A stretch of DNA of 64,000 bases from Rhodospirillales bacterium. Its GTDB lineage: Bacteria; Pseudomonadota; Alphaproteobacteria; Bin95. Every line of letters begins with the position of its first letter. Position 1 is the stretch's first letter. Below the pieces are notes generated by a model. The model saw nothing but the letters and a program-made list of their open reading frames with translations. It was not told where the DNA came from and ran no database searches. The stretch lies in NCBI GenBank assembly GCA_038143065.1, contig JAYQLI010000035.1, positions 1,568,894 through 1,632,893 on the forward strand, written 5' to 3'. This document shows, piece after piece, positions 1 through 10,093 of this stretch. The position numbers were made by a program, and so were the translations under genes.

Positions 1-1
1 T

Positions 2-541
2 GTGGCTCTTCTGCTTGGAGTGACAGATATCGAGGTGCCTTGGGCAACTCTAATTTTATCCGTCTTATTGTACGTGGTTATTCCACTAATTTCCGGAGTT
101 TTGACGCGCAGCATTCTGACAAAAAGAAACGATAATTCCGATACCGCCATTTCCAACTTCACTAGTAGGGTCAAGCCCTTCTCAGTAATCGGGCTGCTCT
201 CTACGGTAGTCCTACTATTTGGCTTCCAAGGGCCAACAATACTTTCTGACCCACTGCTTATTCTTCTAATTGCAGTGCCACTGCTCCTGCAGTCTTATGG
301 AATTTTCGCCGTCGCTTATGCCGCAGCTTGGGCATGGCGCACTCCATTCAATATTGCTGCGCCCTGCGCACTCATTGGCACCTCAAACTTCTTCGAGCTT
401 GCTGTGGCCGTAGCTATTAGTCTTTTCGGCTTAAATTCTGGGGCAGCATTAGCAACTGTAGTAGGTGTTCTAGTAGAAGTCCCAGTAATGCTTTCGCTAG
501 TTGCTTTTGCTAACCGAACCCAACATTGGTTTCGCAGCTAA
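2..541 (+). CDS. acr3: ACR3-family arsenite efflux transporter (5' truncated by window)
   Basis: Hydrophobic ORF with ACR3 signatures [16 protein letters not shown] and [13 protein letters not shown]. Confidence 0.92.
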   Translation: MALLLGVTDIEVPWATLILSVLLYVVIPLISGVLTRSILTKRNDNSDTAISNFTSRVKPFSVIGLLSTVVLLFGFQGPTILSDPLLILLIAVPLLLQSYGIFAVAYAAAWAWRTPFNIAAPCALIGTSNFFELAVAVAISLFGLNSGAALATVVGVLVEVPVMLSLVAFANRTQHWFRS

Positions 542-596
542 AATTTCTCGAAGGGGCCTAAACTCAAAGAGCTAAAGCCCATCCGCCCCACAATGA

Positions 597-1133
597 CTAT
601 CTGATAAAGTGTTTCACGTAGTCTTTTCCAAGACCTACTTTTTCGAAGTGCTTGGAGTAAGCTTCTATTCGGGTAAACACATCAGCGTATCCTGTCGTGT
701 TTCCCTCTGTATCACAGTAGATAAGAGCACCCGTATTATGGAAGAGGGTGACACTCTCAGGTTGATCCGGCAGCGCTACTAGCGTGTGAATATCACCAGG
801 TGCCTCAAACACATAGGAACCTTCTGTGCCGACCCAATCGTGTTCGAGATAACGCCATCCACCCTTAATTATAAAGCCATGTACAGGCGCTGGATGACGG
901 TGGCAGGAAACAATACTTTCCTCACCAGCTTTACTCCGAAACTTTGATAGATGCACCCAGTACCCCTGGCTGGCGTTTAAGCACAAAGGGCGTGACCAGC
1001 TATAAGGCGTCATCGGACACCAAAGCCTCTCATCGTCCTTAGCAAATGCATCTTGTATAAAAATTTCTGGAAGCGCGAAGGGGCTTACAGGACCACTATA
1101 AGGCTTCAATTTGGATTGAGCTGTATCAAGCAT
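597..1133 (-). CDS. 2,4'-dihydroxyacetophenone dioxygenase (DAD)-family cupin
   Basis: Cupin metal motif CHRHPAPVHGF...WRYLEHDW...YVFEAPGDIHTL typical of DAD-family proteins. Confidence 0.8.
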   Translation of the reverse strand: MLDTAQSKLKPYSGPVSPFALPEIFIQDAFAKDDERLWCPMTPYSWSRPLCLNASQGYWVHLSKFRSKAGEESIVSCHRHPAPVHGFIIKGGWRYLEHDWVGTEGSYVFEAPGDIHTLVALPDQPESVTLFHNTGALIYCDTEGNTTGYADVFTRIEAYSKHFEKVGLGKDYVKHFIR

Positions 1134-1148
1134 CTCTAACTCCAGAGG

Positions 1149-2331
1149 TTATATATCAGCGTACATACGGCCAGGGTTTAGTATGCCCTTAGGATCAAAT
1201 ACATCCTTCAGCCCTTTGGTAAGTTTCATAATAGTTGGGGCCAAAGGTTGGAATACGTCAACAACCGCTCGAACAGGTTCAGGCCCTCTAATTAGGGTCG
1301 CATGACCGCCAGTAAGTTCAATAGCAGACCGTATTTCAGTTGAACCCGCAGCTTCTAGGTGAGGTGGTAAAGCTAGCCAGATCATTCCCCCAGCCCAATC
1401 ATAAAATGCTTCTCCACCCAGACCTTGTAATTTTGCCACCAAGCCTGGGCCGGCTGTAGGTGCAGTTGAAATACGCCAAATTGCCCGATCATCAGGTGAC
1501 TGGAATGGTAAAATATCCCGAACCCCGGACCATATAGCGGCAGATGCATCTCCATCATAAGTAATGATGTTTTCTGCCTGAAGATGCTTACGAATAGCCT
1601 CAGTCCGATAATCAAGACTATCCGGAAAACCCTCAAAACGGATTAGGGTTTGCGATGAATTACCTATTCCCTCAAAACGCTCTGCAATATTGGCTGGTAA
1701 ATGCGCGGCTGCCACGGGCTCAAATGGAGTCTTAAGTGCTGCAGACATTGCTGCCTGACCTGCAAAGTCATCAAGGCCTTGAAGCGCGAGCGTTCGTTCC
1801 GCAACTGCATTAGGCAAGACTTTAAATGTGACTTCAGTGAAAACGCCTAACGTTCCCATCGCACCAGCTGAGATCTTACAGAGGTCGTAGCCGGTGACAT
1901 TTTTCATCACCCGACCACCGCCATGCATGTATTGGCCTGTGCCATCCACAAACTTAATGCCAATCAGAAAATCTCTTGCAGCTCCAGATGCCAACCGGGA
2001 TGGGCCCGATAGTCCCGCTGCAGCCACTCCACCAACAGTTGCCGGATCATTTGAGCCGTATAAGTGTGTCAGGTCAGGCGGATCAAAAGGCAAACGTTGA
2101 TTTTTTCCGCCAGAACCGCTTTCGCATCCGCCAAAGTTGTACCTACAGCAAGGATACGAAAAGCTCAGTAGGGCTGTATTCTACAACACCAGTTAGACCA
2201 TCTGTTTTTAAGATGCACTGCTCGTCGACGGTCCTTCCAAGTCCCTTGAGACCACCACCGCCCTCGATGCCAATCGGTCTACCAACATCCTTGATTGCCT
2301 CAGCAACCTGTTCCGGTGTCTCTGGACGCAA
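1149..2331 (-). CDS. glcE: Glycolate oxidase FAD subunit GlcE-like (split by two 1-nt deletions near 2150 and 2101-2106)
   Basis: ORFs 2143-2331 and 1149-2093 join when 2 nt are restored; GlcE motifs ATVGG, GGRVMKNVTGYDL, FDPKGILNPGRM; directly follows glcD. Confidence 0.85.
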
Positions 2332-2338
2332 AAGTCAG

Positions 2339-3787
2339 TCACTCGGCCGCTTCCATCATAGGCACTGCTTCCAGAGGAAATACTTTATGAGGGTTCATTA
2401 GATACTTCGGATCGAATGCTCGCTTTATGCGGCGTTGAAGGTCAAGTTCATCTGATGTGAACTGTTCCGTCATTAGGTCCCTCTTTTCGACACCAACTCC
2501 GTGTTCCCCCGTAAGACAACCGCCAAGAGCCACACATAATTTCAATATATCACCACCACAGGCCTCGGCACGTTCTGTCTCCCCGGGTTCATTCGCATTG
2601 TACAAGATCAGAGGATGCAGATTGCCGTCACCTGCATGGAAGATATTTGCAACCTCAAACCCATAAGACTGGCAAATAGACGCTATTCCATCCAAGGCTT
2701 CTGGAAGTTTCCCAGTTGGGATGGTTCCATCCATGCAAAAGTAATCAGGCGAAATACGGCCAATAGCGCCAAACGCGGATTTCCGGCCCTTCCAAATAGC
2801 GATACTTTCTGCGCTGGTTTTAGCAACTCGTTCATAAGCTGGCGAAAAATCTTTTGCTATATTCTGGATACGACTCAGCATGGCATCGATCTCATCGCGC
2901 GAGCCCTCAACCTCTATTATGAGTAGGGCCTCAACATCGAGCGGATATCCCGCATGGGCAAACTTTTCTGTAGCGTGAATAGCGGGGCGATCCATAAATT
3001 CGATGGCAACAGGAATGATGCCTGAGGCAATAATCGCATCTACGCAAGCGCCAGCATCTCTGCTGGACTTGAAACCAAAAAGGATAGGACGAGCACCTTC
3101 AGGTGAATGCAAAATGCGAAGTGTTGCCTCTGTCACAACCCCAAGCATACCCTCTGAACCCGTTATGAGGCCAAGAAGGTCTAGCCCTCCAGCATCCAAA
3201 TGCTTGCCGCCAAGTCTCACTACTTCACCGGTTGGTAATACTAACTCCACACCCATGAGATTATTTGAAGTGACGCCGTATTTTAGGCAGTGAGCCCCGC
3301 CGGAGTTCATGCCAATATTACCTGCAATAGTGCAGGCAAGCTGTGATGAAGGGTCTGGCGCATAGAAGAACCGATCCCCAGACACAGCGTCTGTAACACC
3401 AAGATTAGTTACCCCTGGCTGAAGGGTGATCGTCCGATTGTCATAATCGACCTCTAATATTTGGGTCATTTTTGACACACCCAAGACGATAGCGTCTTTG
3501 AGAGGTAGAGCGCCCCCAGCAAGCGACGTTCCTGCGCCCCTTGCAACTACTTTAACACCTCGACCATGGCAGTACGCCATGACCGCTGCAACCTCCTCAG
3601 TCGTCTCAGGCAATACTACTGCAAGCGGTGTTTCTTTATAGGCCGTTAATGCATCGGTTTCATAAGGCTTAATCTCATCCGGATGATCAATTACTCCATC
3701 CTCTGCGGCGATGACTGTTCGCAGATCACGGATAATTTCTTCCCTAGCTGCTAAAATTGCAGGATCAGGATCAGGTAACATAACCAT
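2339..3787 (-). CDS. glcD: Glycolate oxidase subunit GlcD (FAD-linked oxidase)
   Basis: RGAGTSLAGG, PDPSSQLACTIAGNIGMNSGGAHCLKYGVT, HAGDGNLHP, GEHGVGVEK motifs. Confidence 0.9.
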   Translation of the reverse strand: MVMLPDPDPAILAAREEIIRDLRTVIAAEDGVIDHPDEIKPYETDALTAYKETPLAVVLPETTEEVAAVMAYCHGRGVKVVARGAGTSLAGGALPLKDAIVLGVSKMTQILEVDYDNRTITLQPGVTNLGVTDAVSGDRFFYAPDPSSQLACTIAGNIGMNSGGAHCLKYGVTSNNLMGVELVLPTGEVVRLGGKHLDAGGLDLLGLITGSEGMLGVVTEATLRILHSPEGARPILFGFKSSRDAGACVDAIIASGIIPVAIEFMDRPAIHATEKFAHAGYPLDVEALLIIEVEGSRDEIDAMLSRIQNIAKDFSPAYERVAKTSAESIAIWKGRKSAFGAIGRISPDYFCMDGTIPTGKLPEALDGIASICQSYGFEVANIFHAGDGNLHPLILYNANEPGETERAEACGGDILKLCVALGGCLTGEHGVGVEKRDLMTEQFTSDELDLQRRIKRAFDPKYLMNPHKVFPLEAVPMMEAAE

Positions 3788-3883
3788 GTTTTAAATCTCC
3801 ATGATCTCTACCTAGGCACCCTAACGGCATTTGACTAGGACAAGAGAATTAATTGCCTTTGACACAGACAGATAAAAAATCGC

Positions 3884-5065
3884 CTATTCAGCTGCTTGTC
3901 CCGTCTTAGCCTTGTGCTTTTCAATCTCACTCATCACCGCCTTCTCGGCTTTACCAATAAACATTGGCCTGTTTTCGTGGGAATAATCATAGGAGAAGTC
4001 ACGGAGCATATTTGAATTCTGGAAGTGCGGGAAAACTTGTCGAGCAATAAGCTCATAGGAACGCTTTGTTTCTTCCCAATCCGCCCAGTTATGAGCAAGC
4101 TGCATAAGACAACCAAAACCACCGGAGCCGTCCCATAGTCTCTCCAGGTATTCAATGGCGTCTTGAGGTGAGCCGATAACAGCCATTCTATTTTCAGTCA
4201 GATACTCAGCGGCATCATGAATGTCAGCAGGAACGATAGGAAAAGTAGCAATTTCACGGAAGTACCTAGCCCATCGCTCAATTCCCCATTTTACATTTTG
4301 GAATGCTTTATCGCGGGTCTCTGCTACGTGCATAAGTGTAACGATACGCCAATTCTTTCGGTCAAGATTATGGCCATTTTCAACCGCAGTACTCTCAGCC
4401 AGGCCCCAGTTATTTGCATGAGCCGTTAGCGCATCATCGGAGGTACCACCAATCGACAACATTCCTAGTCCGTGTTTGCCAGCAGCCAACGCCCCAACTG
4501 GTGAGCGCGCAGATGCCACAGCCATTTCCATGTGAGGTCGGGTGAAACCAGGTAACTGTAATCGTGCCTCGCGCAGATTAAACCAATCAGTTTCCATCGT
4601 AACCATTTCACCACGCATTAGTGGCAAAATGGCGTCTAACGCCTCATTCAGCATGCGACGTTGATTCTCTGGGTCGATACCCATGCGAAAGGCATCGCCA
4701 ACCAAGGCCCCTGGCCCCACTCCAAACATGGCTCGCCCTCGCGCTTGATAATCAAGCTGCGTCATTCGCGAGGCAATAGTGAAAGGATTGTGGTACGGAA
4801 GAGAAACTACGCCCGTTCCTAACCGGAGATATCGCGTGCGCTCAATTGCCTGAGCAATGAATAACTCTGGGTTAGCGATGATTTCAAAGCCACCTGAATG
4901 ATGCTCACCGACCCACGCCTCATCGTAACCAAGCTCATCAATGTGCTGGAGGAGTTGCATATCTCGCTCCAGACAAAGCAGTGGGTTCTCCTCCACAGGA
5001 TGGAACGGTGCAAGAAAAATACCGAACTTCAGGTATCGCTCAGCAAGCATTTTAGCAGCATTCAT
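3884..5065 (-). CDS. LLM-class flavin-dependent monooxygenase (limonene 1,2-monooxygenase LimB-like)
   Basis: KFGIFLAPFH, GYDEAWVGEHHSGG, LGTGVVSLPYH, GVGPGAL motifs. Confidence 0.85.
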   Translation of the reverse strand: MNAAKMLAERYLKFGIFLAPFHPVEENPLLCLERDMQLLQHIDELGYDEAWVGEHHSGGFEIIANPELFIAQAIERTRYLRLGTGVVSLPYHNPFTIASRMTQLDYQARGRAMFGVGPGALVGDAFRMGIDPENQRRMLNEALDAILPLMRGEMVTMETDWFNLREARLQLPGFTRPHMEMAVASARSPVGALAAGKHGLGMLSIGGTSDDALTAHANNWGLAESTAVENGHNLDRKNWRIVTLMHVAETRDKAFQNVKWGIERWARYFREIATFPIVPADIHDAAEYLTENRMAVIGSPQDAIEYLERLWDGSGGFGCLMQLAHNWADWEETKRSYELIARQVFPHFQNSNMLRDFSYDYSHENRPMFIGKAEKAVMSEIEKHKAKTGQAAE

Positions 5066-5119
5066 TGGCCGACTCCTTAAATATTCGACGCATTAAAACA
5101 GCTTATCAGCTTTCCCCTC

Positions 5120-5148
5120 TTGCAGGAAAACCCGTTCTTGGTTAAACC
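5120..5148 (+). promoter_or_regulatory. Putative sigma70 promoter of tRNA-Val
   Basis: TTGCAG-N17-TAAACC followed by GC-rich discriminator just upstream of the tRNA. Confidence 0.5.
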
Positions 5149-5160
5149 CGCGGCCTCAGC

Positions 5161-5235
5161 GGGCGGTTAGCTCAGCGGTAGAGCACTGTGTTGACATCGC
5201 AGGGGTCACTGGTTCAATCCCAGTACCGCCCACCA
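5161..5235 (+). tRNA. tRNA-Val (GAC)
   Basis: Cloverleaf: acceptor GGGCGGT/ACCGCCC, D-arm GCTC..GAGC, anticodon arm CTGTG-TTGACAT-CGCAG, T-loop GGTTCAATCC, encoded CCA. Confidence 0.97.
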
Positions 5236-5253
5236 TTTTCCTCAGAAAATAAA

Positions 5254-5874
5254 TCAAACAACAGCCTGAGCGAGTAGGACTGCGCCTAGCATTGCTATTG
5301 AGGAACCGGCTAACTTCCTTGCGCGGAACCAGGCAAATTCATCAAAAATCAAGCGTGCAGCAAAGCCAGCCACAACAGCAATTACCCATTGCGTAGCACT
5401 AAACGCTGCAAGATACGCTGCAATAATACTGTTTTCAGCGCCTATCACCGCTTCTGCGTAAGCATATCCATGAAAGCCACCCGAAATCGAAAACAGTGCG
5501 AGCAAAATACCGATACGCGCTCGGGTTCCAATGGCCATTGAACCACCAGCAATAATTACAGATAAAGCCACTAGAGCCTCAGCTCCTGTAATATTCGTTG
5601 ATGATAAGTGGATAGCGGAGCCAAGGAGAGCGCCACCTACGAGGCCAAGAGGAGCTAGAACCCACAAGCGATTATTTATTGTTGCCGCCAGCACTCCAGC
5701 TGCAACGATGAAGGCGAAGTGATCAAGGCCAATGATAGGATGTCCAACACCCGACATAAGCCCGTGCAACAATGTTTCAGGAACAACTCCACCCATCGGA
5801 TGGTGAGCAAGCGCAGGTGAAGCCAAACTCACAAAAAACAAAAAACCTATATAACGCATTAGCACGGCTCCCAT
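5254..5874 (-). CDS. HupE/UreJ-family Ni/Co transporter
   Basis: Signal peptide ending ALAH, GVGHPIIGLDH and FHGYAYAE motifs, multiple TM segments. Confidence 0.88.
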   Translation of the reverse strand: MGAVLMRYIGFLFFVSLASPALAHHPMGGVVPETLLHGLMSGVGHPIIGLDHFAFIVAAGVLAATINNRLWVLAPLGLVGGALLGSAIHLSSTNITGAEALVALSVIIAGGSMAIGTRARIGILLALFSISGGFHGYAYAEAVIGAENSIIAAYLAAFSATQWVIAVVAGFAARLIFDEFAWFRARKLAGSSIAMLGAVLLAQAVV

Positions 5875-5885
5875 TTTAATTTAGA

Positions 5886-6650
5886 TCAACGCTGAGTTGC
5901 ACCACCATCAAGGTTAACAGTTGTACCAGTAATCATTTTTGCACGGTCACTGGCGAGGAAAACAATAAGGTCAGCACAATCTTCCGCCTGAGATGGCGGC
6001 GGATCGGTTGGCATGCATTCTTGCCAACGTTCAGGATCACCGTATTGCTCACTAGCGGTGCCCCGCAACATCGTTTCCATGCGATCTGTAACAACCAACC
6101 CAGGATTAAGACCACAAACCCGAATATTGTCTCGGAGTGAGACACCGCCCACAGCTTTAGTGAAAGCAATCAAACCAGCATTTCCAACAGAACCTGCCAC
6201 ATAACCTGGGCTATGCTTAACACCCGCAGCACCAATTACGTTCACAATTACTCCGTGACCCTGCCGGCGCATATTGCCATAAACGGCCCTCGTCATATTG
6301 ATGTAGCCAAAGACCTTCAAATCCCAAGCTTCGCGCCAACGAGGCTCTTCAACCTCCTCGACGGTTCCAGGAGGAATGGCACCTGCATTGTTTACAAGGA
6401 TGTCAATATCGCTGAATTCAGCAACCAAAGAACGGGCTGCATCGCCATTTGATAAATCAACGGCGCGAAAATCTGCATCAACCCCGGTGGCCTGCTTAAT
6501 ACTCTGAACAGCACGCTCCAAATCAGCTGCAGTTCGCGATACAATAATAGGCAATACGCCCTCTTCAGCTAATCCTTTGGCAGCCGCAAGGCCTATACCT
6601 TTCGAGCCACCCGTAATCAAAGCACGCTTACCCGCAAGCCCCATATCCAT
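5886..6650 (-). CDS. Short-chain dehydrogenase/reductase
   Basis: TGGSKGIG, NNAG, WDLKVFGY, YVAGSVGN; probable start MDMGLAG at 6650. Confidence 0.88.
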   Translation of the reverse strand: MDMGLAGKRALITGGSKGIGLAAAKGLAEEGVLPIIVSRTAADLERAVQSIKQATGVDADFRAVDLSNGDAARSLVAEFSDIDILVNNAGAIPPGTVEEVEEPRWREAWDLKVFGYINMTRAVYGNMRRQGHGVIVNVIGAAGVKHSPGYVAGSVGNAGLIAFTKAVGGVSLRDNIRVCGLNPGLVVTDRMETMLRGTASEQYGDPERWQECMPTDPPPSQAEDCADLIVFLASDRAKMITGTTVNLDGGATQR

Positions 6651-6825
6651 CGAAGTGAATCCTTTTTCAATTTCCCTAAGTGTAACTCGTTTCACTGCAA
6701 ACGCAGCATAATCTTCAGTAAATTTAGCGAAAACCTAATAATCGCAATGGATACAGGATTGATACTTTGTCGAGGCCATCTGGATCACTAGCCAAAATAT
6801 CATGCCATTATTTCAGTTAAACCAA

Positions 6826-8027
6826 TCAAACATCGCTCATATCAGCTGCGTAAATTGTGCCTGTTTCCAGGAGGCGCTGAATATCTTCAGCATCAAAGCC
6901 AATCTCAGCCAAAACTTTAATCGTATCTTGCCCTAAAGATGGAGCAGTTCGAGGTTCATGAGAGGGTGTAGCGCTGAAACGCGCAGCGGCACGAGCTTGC
7001 CGAGTAGGGCCAAGACCTGGCTGATCAATAGTGCTCACCGCTTGATTATGAAGCACCTGCGGGTCCTCTAGAACTTCAATTCTTCGAAGTACTGGCATGC
7101 AAGGCACATCATTGGCTTCAAGTGCAGCGATAAGCTCGTCCCGCCTTCGCTGACATATTAATCCATCAACTAATTCCAATCGCTCCTGCCTGTTTTTAGA
7201 GCGTGCGGCAGGCGTCGCAAATCGGGAATCTTTCACTAGATCAGGTCTCTCCAATGCGATGCAAAGACCCTCCCACTCCTTATCCGAAACCGCCCCAAAA
7301 GTGATGAAACCATCACTGGTCTCAAAAATCATATCGTGTGCCGAAGCTCGAGCTTCTTTTTTGTGTCGTCTACCACCACAGCAAAGGGCGCCATACCTTC
7401 AGGCCAAAGATAAGAAAGCATCCCATCCAGCATAGAAATCTGAACATGTTGCCCTTCCCCCGTTCTCCCTTTCGCGACTAGCGCTGCTGTGACCGCTTGT
7501 GCCGCATAAATCGCCGTTGTCTTGTCAGCAACAATGGTCCGCATCATCTTTGGGCGACCCGATAATGGATCAGCCTGAATGTCGGCAAGACCCGAAAGAG
7601 CTTGGATGATAGGGTCGTAAACCCGCTTTTCAGCGTAGGGCCCAGTCGCGCCTACCCCACTTATAGAAAGATAGACAATACCTGGATTGCGTAACTTTAC
7701 TGTTTCATAACCGAAGCCAAGCCTTTCGATCGCTCCAGGACGATAGTTCTGAGCAATAACATCGGCGCTTTCGATTAGGCGCCAGAGAATTTCTCTACCC
7801 GGCTTCGATTTTAAATCTAAAGCAATCGATCGCTTACCACGATTGCAGGCGACAAAGCCGGCCGAAAAACCTGGAGATTCGGCTCTACTTCGGCGTGTTA
7901 TATCACCTGCCAAGGCTTCAACCTTAATTACGTCCGCTCCCTGATCAGCCAGCTGAACCGTTGCGGCAGGGCCAGAAATGACACTACAAAGGTCAACACC
8001 CTTTATGCCTTCTAGAGGACCCGTCAT
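6826..8027 (-). CDS. Family III (CaiB/BaiF) CoA-transferase (frameshift at A6 run 7357-7362)
   Basis: LADQGADVIKVE, NRGKRSIALDLK, NYRPG, YDPIIQALSG; ORF 6826-7332 supplies the C-terminus after one A is restored. Confidence 0.88.
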
Positions 8028-8656
8028 TTCACACCATTCGCTGCAAATGCAAGCGCAGTGGATGGCTCATCATCAATTCTTGATCGGTATGAAGAAAAAG
8101 CCGGCGGTAAGGACATTCCGTAGCGTTTGGCCCAATCCAGGCACGTAGTCATTAAGATATCCACTCCAGTGAAATCATCGCCAACGAGGAAACGACGCCC
8201 ATCTTTCAAACGCAAAGAACCAGCAGTTATCATGCGATGGAAGTATTCACGGGCAACCTGGCAAGCATCTGGCGCAGGACCATAAATTTCAGGCAATCCT
8301 TCATGACGGCGCAGCACATAAAGTGATGTCGCGTCTAGCTCCATCGAAATAAATGATAACCATTCAAAGAATTCTGCTCTCGCAGATTTTTGGGTGGGGA
8401 TGAGGGCTTTCTCCATGGTGCTGTAAGTTTCAGCAAGATAGGTAACGATCGCGGGGCTTTCGGTGAGTGTTAGCTCACCATCCTGAAGCGTCGGAACTTT
8501 GCCACGGGGGGTGATGCTACGATATTCTTCGCTTTCCATTTCAGGTGTGCGAGTTCGGATAATTCTCGTTTCATAATTGAGACCAAGAAAGCATAAAGCC
8601 CAGTGCGCTCGAAGTGTGCGACTAGTACCAACGCCCCAAAGAATTAACCCAGCCAT
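8024..8656 (-). CDS. Glutathione S-transferase family protein
   Basis: TPRGKVPTLQDG, LTESPAIVTYL, FLVGDDFTGVDI motifs; TAATG overlap with upstream SDR. Confidence 0.88.
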   Translation of the reverse strand: MAGLILWGVGTSRTLRAHWALCFLGLNYETRIIRTRTPEMESEEYRSITPRGKVPTLQDGELTLTESPAIVTYLAETYSTMEKALIPTQKSARAEFFEWLSFISMELDATSLYVLRRHEGLPEIYGPAPDACQVAREYFHRMITAGSLRLKDGRRFLVGDDFTGVDILMTTCLDWAKRYGMSLPPAFSSYRSRIDDEPSTALAFAANGVK

Positions 8657-9399
8657 TACCAAGGCTCCATAAATGGACGAATATCCATCTCAAAAGTCCA
8701 AGCGTCTCGAGATTGGGCATGCAGCGTCCAATAAGCCTCTGCGATAGAGCTCAGTTTCATAAGACTATCGGGCAAAAATTCGACATTCTCTCCACCGTTA
8801 GCTGCTTTACGCCTCGCATGTATAGCAGGACTATCTACCCCGCCATCCACTACTAGGTGCGCAACATGGATGCCTTGTGGCCCTAGTTCCCTTGCCATCG
8901 ATTGAGCAACAGCGCGGAGACCTGCTTTGGCGCTTGCAAATGCAGCAAAATTAGAGCCGCCGCGCATACTGGCAGTGGCGCCCGTAAAAAGAATTGTACC
9001 CTTGCCTCGAGGTAACATGCGTTTTGCGGCCTCACGCCCCGTTAAGAAACCCGCCATGCAGCCCAGCCGCCAGACCTTCTCAAAGAGCTCAGATGAAGTC
9101 TCAGTCAATGGACTGCGAAAGTTAGCACCCGCATTGAAAAGACAAACTTCAATTGGGCCTAGCTCTTTCTCAATGGAGCTGAACAGATTCACCACCGAAG
9201 CTTCATCTCTAGCGTCAATGGAAAAAGCATGAGCTGAGCCACCAGAATTTCTGATGTCTTCCACCAAAGCCTCTGATTTAAGCCCATCACGCCGAGCGAT
9301 TGCAACGGAGTAGCCTCCCGCAGCAAAACGTCGAGCGAAGGCTGCGCCTATTGCATCTCCAGCTCCAATGCCCAGAGCAACTTTTTTTATTTTTCCCAT
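8656..9399 (-). CDS. Short-chain dehydrogenase/reductase
   Basis: GAGDAIG, FNAG, FTGATAS, FASAKAGLRAVAQSMARELGP, C-terminal WTFEMDIRPFMEPW. Confidence 0.9.
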   Translation of the reverse strand: MGKIKKVALGIGAGDAIGAAFARRFAAGGYSVAIARRDGLKSEALVEDIRNSGGSAHAFSIDARDEASVVNLFSSIEKELGPIEVCLFNAGANFRSPLTETSSELFEKVWRLGCMAGFLTGREAAKRMLPRGKGTILFTGATASMRGGSNFAAFASAKAGLRAVAQSMARELGPQGIHVAHLVVDGGVDSPAIHARRKAANGGENVEFLPDSLMKLSSIAEAYWTLHAQSRDAWTFEMDIRPFMEPW

Positions 9400-9508
9400 T
9401 ATTACATGGTGGGCCAATCAAAGAGGTAGACGCAAGCCAATTTGCGAAGTTCTATACGAAGGTAGAAATTTTTACTGTGAAACTTCGCATCAAAAGGATC
9501 ATGACAAA

Positions 9509-9835
9509 ATGATTTATGAGCTTCGCGTATACCACGCTATGCCAGGTAAAATGCCTGAATTACTGAAACGTTTCGATACAATCACGCTTGGCATTTGGGA
9601 AAGACACGGAATACGTCCCGCCGGCTTTTGGACCGTACTGGTGGGAGAATCTAACCAGGACCTTTATTACATGCTCGCCTGGGAGAGCCTTGCTGAACGC
9701 GAACAGAAGTGGGGCGCGTTCATGGCAGATCAAGAATGGATTTCCAAACGCGCTGAAACCGAGAAGAATGGTGCGCTTATTTCCGGGTATTCTAACTCAT
9801 TCTTACAGCCAACATCATTCTCTACAGTCAAGTAA
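9509..9835 (+). CDS. NIPSNAP-family protein
   Basis: MIYELRVY...LYYMLAWESLAEREQKWGAFMADQEW...LQPTSFS pattern; start at ATG 9509. Confidence 0.88.
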   Translation: MIYELRVYHAMPGKMPELLKRFDTITLGIWERHGIRPAGFWTVLVGESNQDLYYMLAWESLAEREQKWGAFMADQEWISKRAETEKNGALISGYSNSFLQPTSFSTVK

Positions 9836-10093
9836 TAAGTCTTGATGGCAACTGTGAGCGTTGCTGCTGATGCGACCCTAGACAGAGTTCTGCAGATGTG
9901 AACTGCTAGAATTTGTTTAGGGGTGCAATCGGCACTCCTCTAGATTTAACTAGAGACCTTAAATTTCTCGATCGCCAGAAAGCTGATCCAAAAATTCAAA
10001 TCAACTGCAAACTCCTGACTTCACCTTCATCCTTGAAGGCCTGCCAAAATATTAACTGTAAGCTTCAGTCGATTAATGAAAAGAGAGTAGAAA

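Noticed and set aside
5161-5253. tRNA-Val as an integration site for a genomic island
   Set aside because: No integrase, and I saw no duplicated tRNA 3' end (att) elsewhere in the window
9919-10000. TPP riboswitch suggested by AGGGGTGC upstream of a ThDP enzyme
   Set aside because: The conserved CTGAGA and ACCTGA..GTAGG elements are absent
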